From Cyanidioschyzon merolae (taxonomy: Eukaryota): DNA of 64,000 nt. The stretch lies in NCBI GenBank assembly GCA_000091205.1, contig AP006500.2; one strand, given 5' to 3'. Below, piece by piece: positions 45,613 through 56,275 of the stretch; positions within the stretch are counted from its first letter, which is position 1, and every line of letters begins with the position of its first letter. The translations under genes and the position numbers were made by a program. The notes beneath the pieces were generated by a model. It was not told where the DNA came from. It did no database searches and was given only the letters and a program-made list of their open reading frames with translations.

Positions 45613-48504
45613 CAGCCGACCCGTAAACTCGTACCTGTCGTTGTCTTGCTGGGTATTGCGTAGAGCAGCGCGTGCCTCTCAGTCGCAACCTCTACACCTC
45701 TATACCTGTGGCCAGATCGGCGACACCAAAAACTCTCTCTGAAGCAGCTTTCAGGTGCTGCTTAAGCCTCCGTCCAGCGAATCGCGGCTGTGGAGCCTTT
45801 CGAGCACCAATTCTCATTGACGGAATCTCTGAATGAGATATATCGCTACAGTGCCAACGTTTGCGCACTCGCGTAGCGCTGTGTGCAGCTTGGCTTGCAG
45901 GTGAGGGTGCAGGTTTGTGTGCGTTTCCTTCGCTACGTCAAGGTAGTTGGTGTGTTGTATTTTGGAGAATACAAAAGCCATTGTGCTCTGCAGCTGGTGA
46001 GGATCGAAGCACTTCACCAGCTGGCACTCGTACAACGACTTTTTCCCACAGCATTTGTCGTGTTCCAAGAAAAGCTCTCGTGTACTTATAGACTACAGCA
46101 GCTGCGACTTTGGCGTGCTACAAGTTCGCAGTGCTGTGAGCACTCTTCGTGCTAACCCCGACTGGTGCGATTTCCGTAGAAAGCAGCGCTCGCACTCGCG
46201 TCTTGCGTGGCCGGGAAACGCATTCGTATGTCTTTGGACTGGCCGCCTGATATCCAGTTGTACCGCCACTTAGCCGCTCAGTCTGGTGTTCTTCTAGGGG
46301 ACTACATCTTGCTGCGGTTGCAAATTCAGGAAAGCAGCGGCTTTCTGGGTCGTGATCCGCACGCCGAACAAACTGTTGAAGAGGCGGTGCATCTGTGGGA
46401 GCGCTTGGAGAAATCCGTCGTGCTCTTGGGCCAGATAGTCGACAACGTTCATGGGGAAAGCACTCTGAAAGAGTCCCTGGTATTGGATCTTCGCAGCAAA
46501 CACAGTATTCTTGTCAACCTGAACCGTCTCTGGGACGATCCGCACCCTCAAGAGTGTGCACGGGTTCTACTGGAAGCGTGGAGCGGCTCCCTGTGGCTCG
46601 ATCCCGTCGCGAGCATTCTCTCTTCGTATCGTAGTTTGGTTGAGTCTGCCGACCGCGTATCTACGCCGCAGCGTTCAAAACGCCTAACCGCACCAACAAC
46701 ACCTTCTGCGAGAGCATCGGCATCCGACCTGAATGATTCGTCGAAACAGGCACCGCTGTGGAGTTACCTCCTGGACGACCATGGAACACGTCGTCGATCT
46801 GGCTCTCGAGCGCACCGGCCTTAAAACATCGTCGGCGTGAGAGAAGCAAAAGGTTGAGCGGCTCAAAAGCATCGAATCTGGTGGACACTTGCGCATTCAC
46901 TTCCCACAGTATGCGTTTGCATGCCGCAGGCGCCGCTGCAACAGTCAGAACTCGCATTTTTGCAGCCGCGTAATCGCTTCCATTTGGCGAATCCAACTTG
47001 ATTGTACCGGAAACCGGCACAGACCTGATTAGACCAGTGAACCTTGAAGATATCGTTCGTCGGAAGCCAGCATTTGCATCGCGATTCGTGTGGGAATGTG
47101 TTTGCTCATTCGCTGGCTCGATCATTCCAGTTAGAACAACGGCAACGACAACAACAGAAGTAGCCCCTGGCTTCTCATGGTATTGGTGATGGCAACGCAG
47201 ACACCGGATGCCGAGCTGCTTTCGCGCACAGTGTTCGTCGAAACGTGTTCCCTCGGCAACGGGACGACAAACGTCGTATCCCCAGGATGGTTGGAGCGTG
47301 ATGTCAGACTTACACGTTTCGTGCACAACTATGGTTTCCACAAAACAGCCCCCAGAACGAAGCAGAAGCCCTCGTCGATTCCGACTGCTCGCGCCTCTCC
47401 AATCGTCTGGTCGATGTGAACCCCACGTGTCACATCAAGATCCATGATATCGCAGGAGGCTCGTCTGCACTGTACGAGACGGCCTCCTCTGTGAGCTACC
47501 GCTGATCTCTGGGAACGAGTAGAACGCGTTCGAACAACATCGCGATAACGAGTAGCGGAGCTCGTTCCAAGCTGCTCGTATATAACGAAGAAATGCAAAG
47601 CAGTTTACGCGGACGAGAGAGTCCCGCGGAGTATCGGTCTGGATGCACTGTGTGTAAACGAGGACACATATCCAAGAGTCGTGCAGCGATGCTCATTTCC
47701 AACCGTTCAACGTAGGTCATGAGAGAGGCTTCGTGAGGCGCGTGAATCTCGCTTTGCAAGGCGTCATCGCTGTCGAAGCACTTCCACATCAGGAAGATGG
47801 AGCCAAATACCTAAACGGAAACCAGATGAAGCTGTTCGACTCTCACAGGCTCTGCTTCATCGAGAGTCGAACGTGATGATCGCCAGGATCGTTACGAAAA
47901 TGGAATAAAAGCGTTAGTGCCCGTCTTATCGTTCCAAGCGTCCTGTCGAGCAGCAAGGAAACGCGCTGCGCGCAACATTCAAAGCAAACATGAGCGTCCT
48001 AATGACTCAGACCGACGATTCCTGGGAAGCGTACATGAGGCTGCGCTGCTGTCGCCAACATATTCGGTCTCACGGAGGCAAGAGGCATGCATTCGCTAAC
48101 ATGCTCAATGATGCGGTTCACGACTTGTTCGGCAACCTATAACAGGGCGAAGTTCTCGCGACCGATGGGATGGCAAGCTGTGCGTCGCGCCAGTGGGGCA
48201 TGGCGTCCAAGCAACTGGGACCCATAGAATGTGCTTCGAATCTTGCACAGTATCAATGGAAAAACAGAAGCGCTTCATGAATCAGTCAGCAAAGGAGTAC
48301 CGCATTCGGATCTCCTCGCATCAGAATCGACTCCTTTCACCCCGCACACCAGTGAAACCCTGCGGTGCAGTGCTCGGGACTTAGCCGAGCCAGAAACCCC
48401 AACTCTTTGCTGTAAGACCTCACTGGCAATGTGCATATGCTGCATCTTGCGGGTCTCTGCATGATGCCGTCCCCGATACATGGAACAGATTGGTTAGCTT
48501 CTCT

Positions 48505-50130
48505 TCAGGTGGAGCGTTCGCCATAACCCATCAAAATGTACTTGAGGTTCGTGTAAGCATCGATACCATATTTGCTGCCTTCACGCCCGTATCCACTCTG
48601 TTTGACACCACCAAAAGGCATAGCCGCATTGCTGATCACGCCTTCGTTGACACCAACCATACCGCTCTCTAACTGCTTCGCACAACGAAAGGCACGACCT
48701 AAATCCCGGGTGTAGACGTAACTCGCAAGGCCGAACTCTGTAGCATTGGCGGCGCGAATGACCTCCTCCTCATCATCAAATACGAGCAGCGGAAGCACCG
48801 GACCGAATGTCTCCTCTCGACAGAGGAGCGCATCGGGAGGCACATCCCGCACCACGGTTGGTTCATAAAACAGTGGACCCAGTTCGGAGAGCACGCGGTT
48901 ACCGACGAGGACCTTGGCGCCTTTCTGAACGGCGTCCTGGACGTGTCGCTGGACTTTGTCAATAGCTGCCTGATTGATGAGTGGACCCACTTCGACTCCG
49001 GAATCGACTCCGGGCCCGACCTTGGCTCTCGACACACGTTTCGCCAGACGCTCCGCGAATGCGTCATAGATCGCTCGCTGGACGTAGATTCGGTTCGGAC
49101 AGACACAGGTCTGGCCGCTGTTTCGCATTTTCGCTGCCCAGAGCCCGGCTACTGCTGCGTCTAGATCAGTATCATCGAAAACAATGAAAGGCGCCAGACC
49201 TCCAAGTTCCATTTCTGTGCGCTTCACGGTGCTTGCACATTGACCCATCAGCAACCGGCCAACACGCGTGCTACCGGTAAACGAAAGCATACGCACATCC
49301 GGGTGTTGTGCTAGACCTTCGCCGAAAAGGCTCGGACGGCTTCCAGATATAACATTGAAGACACCAGCCGGTATACCTGCTTCCCGAGCGAGCTCTGCCA
49401 AAGCAATGGCGGACACCGGGGTCAGTTCACTGGGCCGAGCAACCACCGTGTTCCCGGTTGCGAGCGCTGGAGCAACCTTGCGCGTTAACATCGCTGACGG
49501 GAAGTTCCACGGTGTGATTGCAGCACAAACACCCAAGGGTTCACGAACGACCAGAGCTTGTCGTGGTCCACTGGTCGCTGGGATGACGTCTCCGTAGACG
49601 CGAGGCGCCTCACTCGCAAACCACTCTACGAAAGAGGCTGCGTAGCGCACTTCGCCGATAGCCTCTGAAAGTGGTTTACCGTTCTCGCGCGTGATGACGC
49701 GTCCGAGTGCCTCGCGTTTCTCGATGATGAGATCGTACCACCTGCGAAGAAGTCCAGCACGGGTTTGCGGCGATGTTTCCCGCCACGAAGCAAACGCACT
49801 TTTTGCGGCTTGCACCGCAGCCCCTATGGTTTGTTCGTCACCGTCGGCTACGAAAGCGACGGTCTGCCCATTTGCCGGATCCGTAACTTTGTAGTAAGAG
49901 TCCGAAGAAACCTGCTGTCCATTGATATAGTGTCCAAGGTACAGGTCTTCACCTGAAGGCTGTTCAACGCCAACCGCGAGCGCACTGCTCAGCTTCCCGC
50001 TCTGCAACGCGTGACTCACCGTGCTGCTCATGAGAAACCCGTTTCCCCTGTGCTCCCACACGTTTCCCCAGCGCTGCAATCGTTTCGTTTTCTGGTGTAT
50101 GGTGCGTTGCAGCAACCCGCACCAGTGCAT
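48505..50130 (-). CDS. succinate-semialdehyde dehydrogenase (ALDH family, GabD/ALDH5A1-like), probably mitochondrial
   Basis: Collinear with ALDH5A1: ITPWNFPSAMLTRKVAPALATGNTVV, MELGGLAPFIVFDD, GQTCVCPNRIYVQ, EETFGPV, GMVGVNEGVISNAAMPFGGVKQSGYGREGSKYGIDAYTNLKYI. The start may be the internal Met at about 50031. Confidence 0.9.
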   Translation of the reverse strand: MHWCGLLQRTIHQKTKRLQRWGNVWEHRGNGFLMSSTVSHALQSGKLSSALAVGVEQPSGEDLYLGHYINGQQVSSDSYYKVTDPANGQTVAFVADGDEQTIGAAVQAAKSAFASWRETSPQTRAGLLRRWYDLIIEKREALGRVITRENGKPLSEAIGEVRYAASFVEWFASEAPRVYGDVIPATSGPRQALVVREPLGVCAAITPWNFPSAMLTRKVAPALATGNTVVARPSELTPVSAIALAELAREAGIPAGVFNVISGSRPSLFGEGLAQHPDVRMLSFTGSTRVGRLLMGQCASTVKRTEMELGGLAPFIVFDDTDLDAAVAGLWAAKMRNSGQTCVCPNRIYVQRAIYDAFAERLAKRVSRAKVGPGVDSGVEVGPLINQAAIDKVQRHVQDAVQKGAKVLVGNRVLSELGPLFYEPTVVRDVPPDALLCREETFGPVLPLLVFDDEEEVIRAANATEFGLASYVYTRDLGRAFRCAKQLESGMVGVNEGVISNAAMPFGGVKQSGYGREGSKYGIDAYTNLKYILMGYGERST

Positions 50131-52515
50131 AGCGTCCGGAAGCGCTGGCGTTGAGGCACCGGCTACGACGAAAGCGCTGGTCGTCTAAGCACAGCTCCTG
50201 TGCGAGATGCGCTTCTGTCTCGAGATATTTCCGAACTTTTTTCGATGCACAGTTTCGTCATGAGATTTGCAGCGATTACGGATTACACTTTCTAGATACA
50301 TATAGGATGCTCGGTCGTCTCTTCAGGATGGCGGTATCGACTCTTTGACGCTGGGATTCGGACGGTCCCTCGAAAAAAGAGATGATTTCAGGGGTCCTGG
50401 AACATGAGTTCGTAAAGCCTTCGATAGCATTATCCTGTGCTTGCGCACATGACTCCATTCTTTTCATATCGTTTCGTGTAGCATGCGAAAATCGCTTATG
50501 CTTCAACTGTTAGATCTTTCCGTTTCAGGGAAGCTCGAGGGCGAAGCGATTGACGCTGCCATGGTGCCGAGGAAAAAGTCTGAACGATACCTCTCGACGT
50601 ATTTTTCAGACGCTCGTGTCAAAAGTTATCTGAACTGGTTGCGTTCAATGATCGATACCGCTAGATAGACAAGTTCAGATCTATTTGTGGTCGTGGCAGA
50701 AAGAGTACACTACCGCAGCATGATATTTCGCATAGGGTATGGTTGCGGAGTCTCTCATTTCATCTGTTGCATAGAAAAAGGTGTTAAAGGCGGTCTTGAT
50801 TCATCGCAGCCATCGATCGCAGTGGAGAAAGTGTCACTGCTTTACGTGATGGTAGCGCAAACGGATCCAACTTGGCCGACTTGCTCCTCTACCTCGATTT
50901 TCCTTTCGGTACACGTGTTTATCATGGCATACATCGCGTTCCATAAATCGTCTATCGAATGGAACAGCAAGCCCTTGCGCGTACAGCAGACAGCGTATTC
51001 GATGCGAAGATTGCCTAGAGGAAACGCATGATCGTAAGGTACGGTGCAGGGCGCGGAAACAGATGAGAGTTCCCAAGGAAGACTTCTGTACCCGTCATGC
51101 GCGTAGATCATGCGATGAAGCTAACGTTCTCGCTCATCAGGGCGGTTCTCGGAAAAGGACGTGTGGTGGACGTACGGAAACCTGACCACAATCAAGTGCC
51201 ATCGCTACAAAGTACAACCGAGCGCCGTATATACAGAACGTGAAAATGGAACGCGAAGCCGAAATCGCAAAATCATTCTGTGCTGGAAATGCCTCGGCGA
51301 GAGCTGGAACCTACAAAATCGGGACTTTATGATTGCCTGCTGCATTCTTCGACCACTAAGAACACGGATTTAGACAAGTGAGAAAATGACGTGTTTAAAT
51401 CCGGAGATCAAACAGAAAAAAAAGCAGGCTTCGAAAAAGTCCGCAAAAACTGTTTATGAGAACAGAAAAACGGATCCAACTCTAGCGTACACGCACGAGT
51501 GAAAGAAATGGACAGATTTCATTTCTTTCTGACAGGAACACAGCTGAGCTTCCGCTGACGCGAAGCTTAATCATTTTCATGGGATTTGTCGGCTTTGCTG
51601 CAACCAAGGCATCCGCAGACAACAACAAGTGGTACGGATATAACTGGGTGCTTCGAGAACGGCAGCATCTCATAGAATATTTCGTACAACGCATTTGATG
51701 AGCGTTGCCCGGCAGCTAGGCGTGCTCTACGCCAAGGCGACGATGCACTGCCGCAACAGCATCGTCCAGGAAATGTTACCGCTTTTGCGAAGCACAGCAC
51801 CGACGTTGGATGCAGTTGCATGCTCATCCGATAGCATCATCGCTTCGCAATGTAGTTTAGATCTCAATGCTTCGTGTGACGTGCATAGATTGAGTTTCAA
51901 AGAGAGAATCGAGTGTGATTTGGTTTCGAGGCAATTATTAGAGAACGGGGTGTTCACGAGTTTCATAGCCGTACGCACGTAGTGCTGCGCCGCCCCCTTC
52001 ATGAACCATGCATGTCAAGCTTCTACTACAAAAGTGCGCCTTTTTGAGAAGTACAGACGTACCGCCGGTAAACCGCAGGAAGCATCGTGCTTCTCGCAGC
52101 GCGCCGCACGCAGCGCGCCAGTTTTTGCAGTACAAACAAAAGGTTTCAGTTCTGCACTCTTGCGCGCTGAATCGATCAGCACATCATTTCCAGCGTGCCC
52201 TGATGAATGCTCGACAACTGCAGGTCTGGAATCGTGTTTCCAGGGCAGGTCGGCTCGAGCCTCCTCAAGCTTCAAAGTGCTGCTCCTTCGACGTCGCGGA
52301 GCAGGTTTGCGTTGTTAACCGCGTAGCATGGCGGATGCATCATGGCGATGTCTCCGTGGAACGAACTCAAGTCCAGGGCTGCTGCAGATGCATTGTTCAC
52401 GTAGTGGGGCAGGCTCGTCTACGACATGGCCGGCGCTGGAGAACCCAACTCGCCTACTTAAACGGTTTTCCCTCGTAGAAGCTACACGAGTCTAGATTTG
52501 CTTCGGATGCATCCT

Positions 52516-53697
52516 TCACGTAATGGGGCAGGTTTGTCTACGAGATTGCCGTCGCTGGGGAACCGAGGATGCTTCCTGAACATGGGAACTCTTACTTGTG
52601 TGGTTGTGAAAGCGTCGATTCGCCATACAGGGAGGTTCATCCCGGGACACGTTGTCAGGGAAGTCCTTCAGTGGCTCTGGGGGGATTTTCGCGGTCCAAA
52701 CGCTATAGATATAGCCGTAAAAGTTGCCCAAGTGATATGTTCGGCGACTAGGTGCACATGACACACAACGGAAAGGGCCAAACCCTAGCAGCTGGCTCTC
52801 CGGCTTCAGGAGTCTAATATCCCAAAAGATGGCTCGCCCACGTACTGAGGTGGTCACAGCCCGTCGACCATCGGTGGCTAGGCCCCAGATAGAGTCCCGA
52901 TGCAAGCGAAACTCATACGCGGGTTTGTTGCCCACTCGGGCATCCCAGAGCCGAAGGACATGGTCTTCGCCTCCCGATAGGAACTCATTTCCGCTCTGGT
53001 TTGCGAGCACCTTGACGCAGCGCACTTCACCCTCAACGTCCTTGGAGAAGACGCTCACCGGTTCAGTAGAACCGTGACCCAGATCCCAGAGCTCCACGGA
53101 ACCCCGCTGTGTCGCTGCGATACCAAAGTGCAAACCCGAGCTAGTATATTGCATGAACTCTACATCGTAAACTTCGTTATGCAGGAGATCGCCATCTGGA
53201 GGGACCCTTTTCACGGTGTGTGTGCAACAACACGCCGCACATGACCAAACACGAAGTGTGCCGTCGCTGGATGCACTCAGGAGGCGCTCCTCTGCACGAT
53301 CCGCTGACAGCGCATAGACCGCACCTCGATGACCACGAAGTGTTTCCATGCGGACGCACGTCGTTGGGTCAAACAGCTGAATGGTGCGATCAATGCTACA
53401 AGAGGCAGCTAAACCTGGTCGCACTTCAACAACATCGTTTACGGCAGCTTTGTGACCCGAGAAAGACTGCTTTACTTCACCGGAAGTGAGATGTAGTACC
53501 TCAACATCCGCAAGAGAGCTGGCAAGAAGCGCCAAGCTTTCGTCCGCCTCGAGAATAGCAATGCTGTACGTCGTGGTTTCCCTGTCAAGGCGCACCACCG
53601 ATGAGGGGAACTCCACGGAATTGTCCCCCAGAACTGCCGGAATCGGAGTCTCTAACCGCGAGAGCGGTACGTGCTTCCCACTGATGCAGCATTGCAT
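52516..53697 (-). CDS. WD40-repeat protein
   Basis: Several WD repeats with GH...WD spacing (SGHKAAVNDV..., RGHRGAVYALS...SDGTLRVWS, VLRLWD, AIFWDI). Function unknown. Confidence 0.65.
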   Translation of the reverse strand: MQCCISGKHVPLSRLETPIPAVLGDNSVEFPSSVVRLDRETTTYSIAILEADESLALLASSLADVEVLHLTSGEVKQSFSGHKAAVNDVVEVRPGLAASCSIDRTIQLFDPTTCVRMETLRGHRGAVYALSADRAEERLLSASSDGTLRVWSCAACCCTHTVKRVPPDGDLLHNEVYDVEFMQYTSSGLHFGIAATQRGSVELWDLGHGSTEPVSVFSKDVEGEVRCVKVLANQSGNEFLSGGEDHVLRLWDARVGNKPAYEFRLHRDSIWGLATDGRRAVTTSVRGRAIFWDIRLLKPESQLLGFGPFRCVSCAPSRRTYHLGNFYGYIYSVWTAKIPPEPLKDFPDNVSRDEPPCMANRRFHNHTSKSSHVQEASSVPQRRQSRRQTCPIT

Positions 53698-54600
53698 TCT
53701 CTTAGTAGTTTGGGCTGCCGCCCGATATCGAACTAGAGCAGAAAGTAGAAAAGCTGCAAGCTTTCGAAACTGTTCGTCCGACTAGGGACCACAGATGTGC
53801 TATCAAGGCAGGCGGCCGCGGAATCTACGCTAGCCAGCGCAGCGGAGCGTTGGCGCACGAGTTCCAACTGCTGGGCAGCAAGTCGAAGGTTATGGCGTTG
53901 ACGGCAACGCAATAGTGACCCAACCGCTTTGTGAATGGAGTGCATCGAAAAGCGTTCATGTCAGTATTCGCGCTGAGCGTGAATTGATTTCGGCTCGGTG
54001 CTGTGCTCTGGATCGAGAGCTGGTCGGTTGCTACGCGGCGAGGCAGCGCCTTGACGGATCTGGAGCGGGAGGTCCTGGTTTGAGTACCAAAGCAAGTTGG
54101 CGAAAGAAATAGGTAAAGTGGCCAAGGTTGTCGGACAGGATTGTGTGACGCGAAGAACAAGGTTGACTGAGCGGGTAGAGGTTGCGCTGCGATGAAGACG
54201 TTAACTTCGAATACAGAGAGTTCCTTGAACCTGTATGGTGCAAAGGCAGGCAGCTATTAGAGCGATCTTGCACGCGCTTGCGACCAGCTCGAGCGTGCGG
54301 TGCGCGTCTATCCGCGAATCGCTGGCTCAATCAGTCTCAATCTTTTGATGTGATGATCCGTGGATACAAATTGAATAGGTGACAGACCGTTATATCGTTT
54401 GCTGCGTGCAGTAGCTCCCGGGCATTGTACACGCAAGCCTGCACTAGGTGCTACAGTGATAAACAGATTCATCTTAGACGAGCATCATCCTCCAGATCAA
54501 TGCACATGCAGGCCTATCATAAAAGAAAAAAGGTGAACGCGCAGGGATTCCCCAGAAACTCCACCTACTGACAAGAAAATTCTGGACTGAAAAGGGTTCG

Positions 54601-54845
54601 CATCACCACCGCCGTTCGAAAGTCGAACGACAGCAGTGTGCAGTCGTGGCGACCGGCGCCCTAGACGAAACGTCTCCAACTGACGTGCAGACGCCTCCCC
54701 GTCTTTTTGGACCGGCCACCTTCTACTGCTTCCAACTTCTTCTCATATAGTTCGACTTTGAGAGGTTGTCCAACAAAGTTCTCTCTTGTCAGCTCTGGAG
54801 GTCTTCTCTCCAGCACCGCACATCTCCTGATACTGATTTTTTTCC
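54601..54845 (-). mobile_element. solo 3' end of a Fanzor-like element (copy 2): last ~28 codons plus non-coding right end
   Basis: About 85% nucleotide identity with 40118..40362 in the same orientation. The stop codon of copy 1 (TAA) is CAA here. Similarity stops abruptly at about 54845, where a LINE 3' end begins. Confidence 0.65.
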
Positions 54846-55045
54846 ATTGACAAAATGTTTACTTAGGCCAGCGTCCTCCGATTCTGCGCATTTTTCTTTT
54901 CTTACTTTTTTTTCAGTGCGCGGTAAGGTATCCATCAAACGCCCTACCTCCAAGTCATATTCCCTATACTTCGTCTCGGATATTCTGGACGTTTCATACG
55001 TCCTACCGTGTGTGCCTAGTGCCTGCCGAGAGCGATAGCAATGGC
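54845..55045 (-). mobile_element. 5'-truncated LINE 3' end fragment, minus orientation, A-run at 54848..54854 abutting the Fanzor fragment
   Basis: The plus strand matches the reverse complement of 43880..44137: gtttacttaggccagcgtcctccgattctgcgcatttttcttttcttac...catcaaacgccctacctccaag...gtgtgcctagtgcctgcc. Confidence 0.55.
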
Positions 55046-56275
55046 GCCTGTAGCCCCGGTGCGGTCGCTGCACGGAGACAGAACGGCGTTGCCGTACCAC
55101 ACAGAGGGCGTCTGCCCGAGGAAATTGCGGTGAGGACGAGATTCCAACTCGCGCGCTCAAAGAGCATATCCTTGGCAGGCACACCCGTTAACCATGGCGG
55201 TACTTCTGGTGCAGAGGTATCTCCGGCACCTCACCGGTAATCCCCTAGGAAATCCGATAGTTTGGCGATTCTCCTTCCTAAATTTTCGGTAATTTGTATT
55301 GTGTGCCAAGTGCACGAGCCTATCTCAAACCAAATGGATTCGGCTCTGGCTCGAATCCATGACGGTCGAGGGTTCCATCAGTTAGCAGTTCGGATGTTCT
55401 TCTTATTTGTTAGCATTCGTGATGCTAAAGTGGAAAGGCGTCGTGTTCTACGATGATGTGGAAAATGCTTTGCTTGTTCCGATGCCTATTTGCGCGGATC
55501 GTATCCAGCGGAATTTGGCAGGGATGCATAGAGTCTATATCGAGTGAACAAGTCTGCCGCTCGCCCGGTGAACGCCCGCCATCGAGTGATTGCCTTTGTG
55601 CGGAAACCATGGGCCGGCATTTTTCAGCCCATGGGATACGGGCACTCCGCAGAGTTTCAAGTCAGCTGCTGGCTACGCGCGCACGCAGTTCACCCTGGAC
55701 ACAGTCGAGACGACGACGCCCCATGCGGTGACGGACGGGGCGCTCGACAAGGTTTAAAAACGGTGCAGACCGCATGAGGTTTCATACGGACAAACTTTGG
55801 AGAATACAGCACGAAAAAGTCCCCAGAGCAGTGTCGTTCAAACAAGCCGAGCCTTTCCTGGGTGTACTCGTTCAGAAACGGTGCGTCCCAGCGCGTGCTC
55901 ACTCCCTACCCGCTTCCTCGCACGATCAGCCAGCTGTTGCTCCAGAGGCGGCACTGCGCAGATTTTTCCATCATTTTCAGAACTTTGATTGCCACTGTTT
56001 CACAAATGCGCAGAAACCAGCACTCGTAAAGCGCCACTTCGTTGCCATCGCTTCTGCACTTGAGCCCCTACTGCGCTGCAGAGTGGATGCCGGACGGCGC
56101 GGTGAGACGCGGAGCGCGCGTAAAGTACATAGTTCGATGATCAACTACGTTCTTTCATCAAGGCCAACAGTCAACTTCGCTGGTTTCCGGTCTAACTGTT
56201 TCTGAGTGCTGTTCAGAGCGATCATCCCTTGGGTAGCAGGAACTCGAGCAGTTCCCGAAATACAAGCCCTGGACG

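Noticed and set aside
46207-47341. ORFs 46207..46824 (+) and 46661..47341 (-)
   Set aside because: They overlap each other on opposite strands with no recognisable domains. One could be real, but there is no basis to choose.
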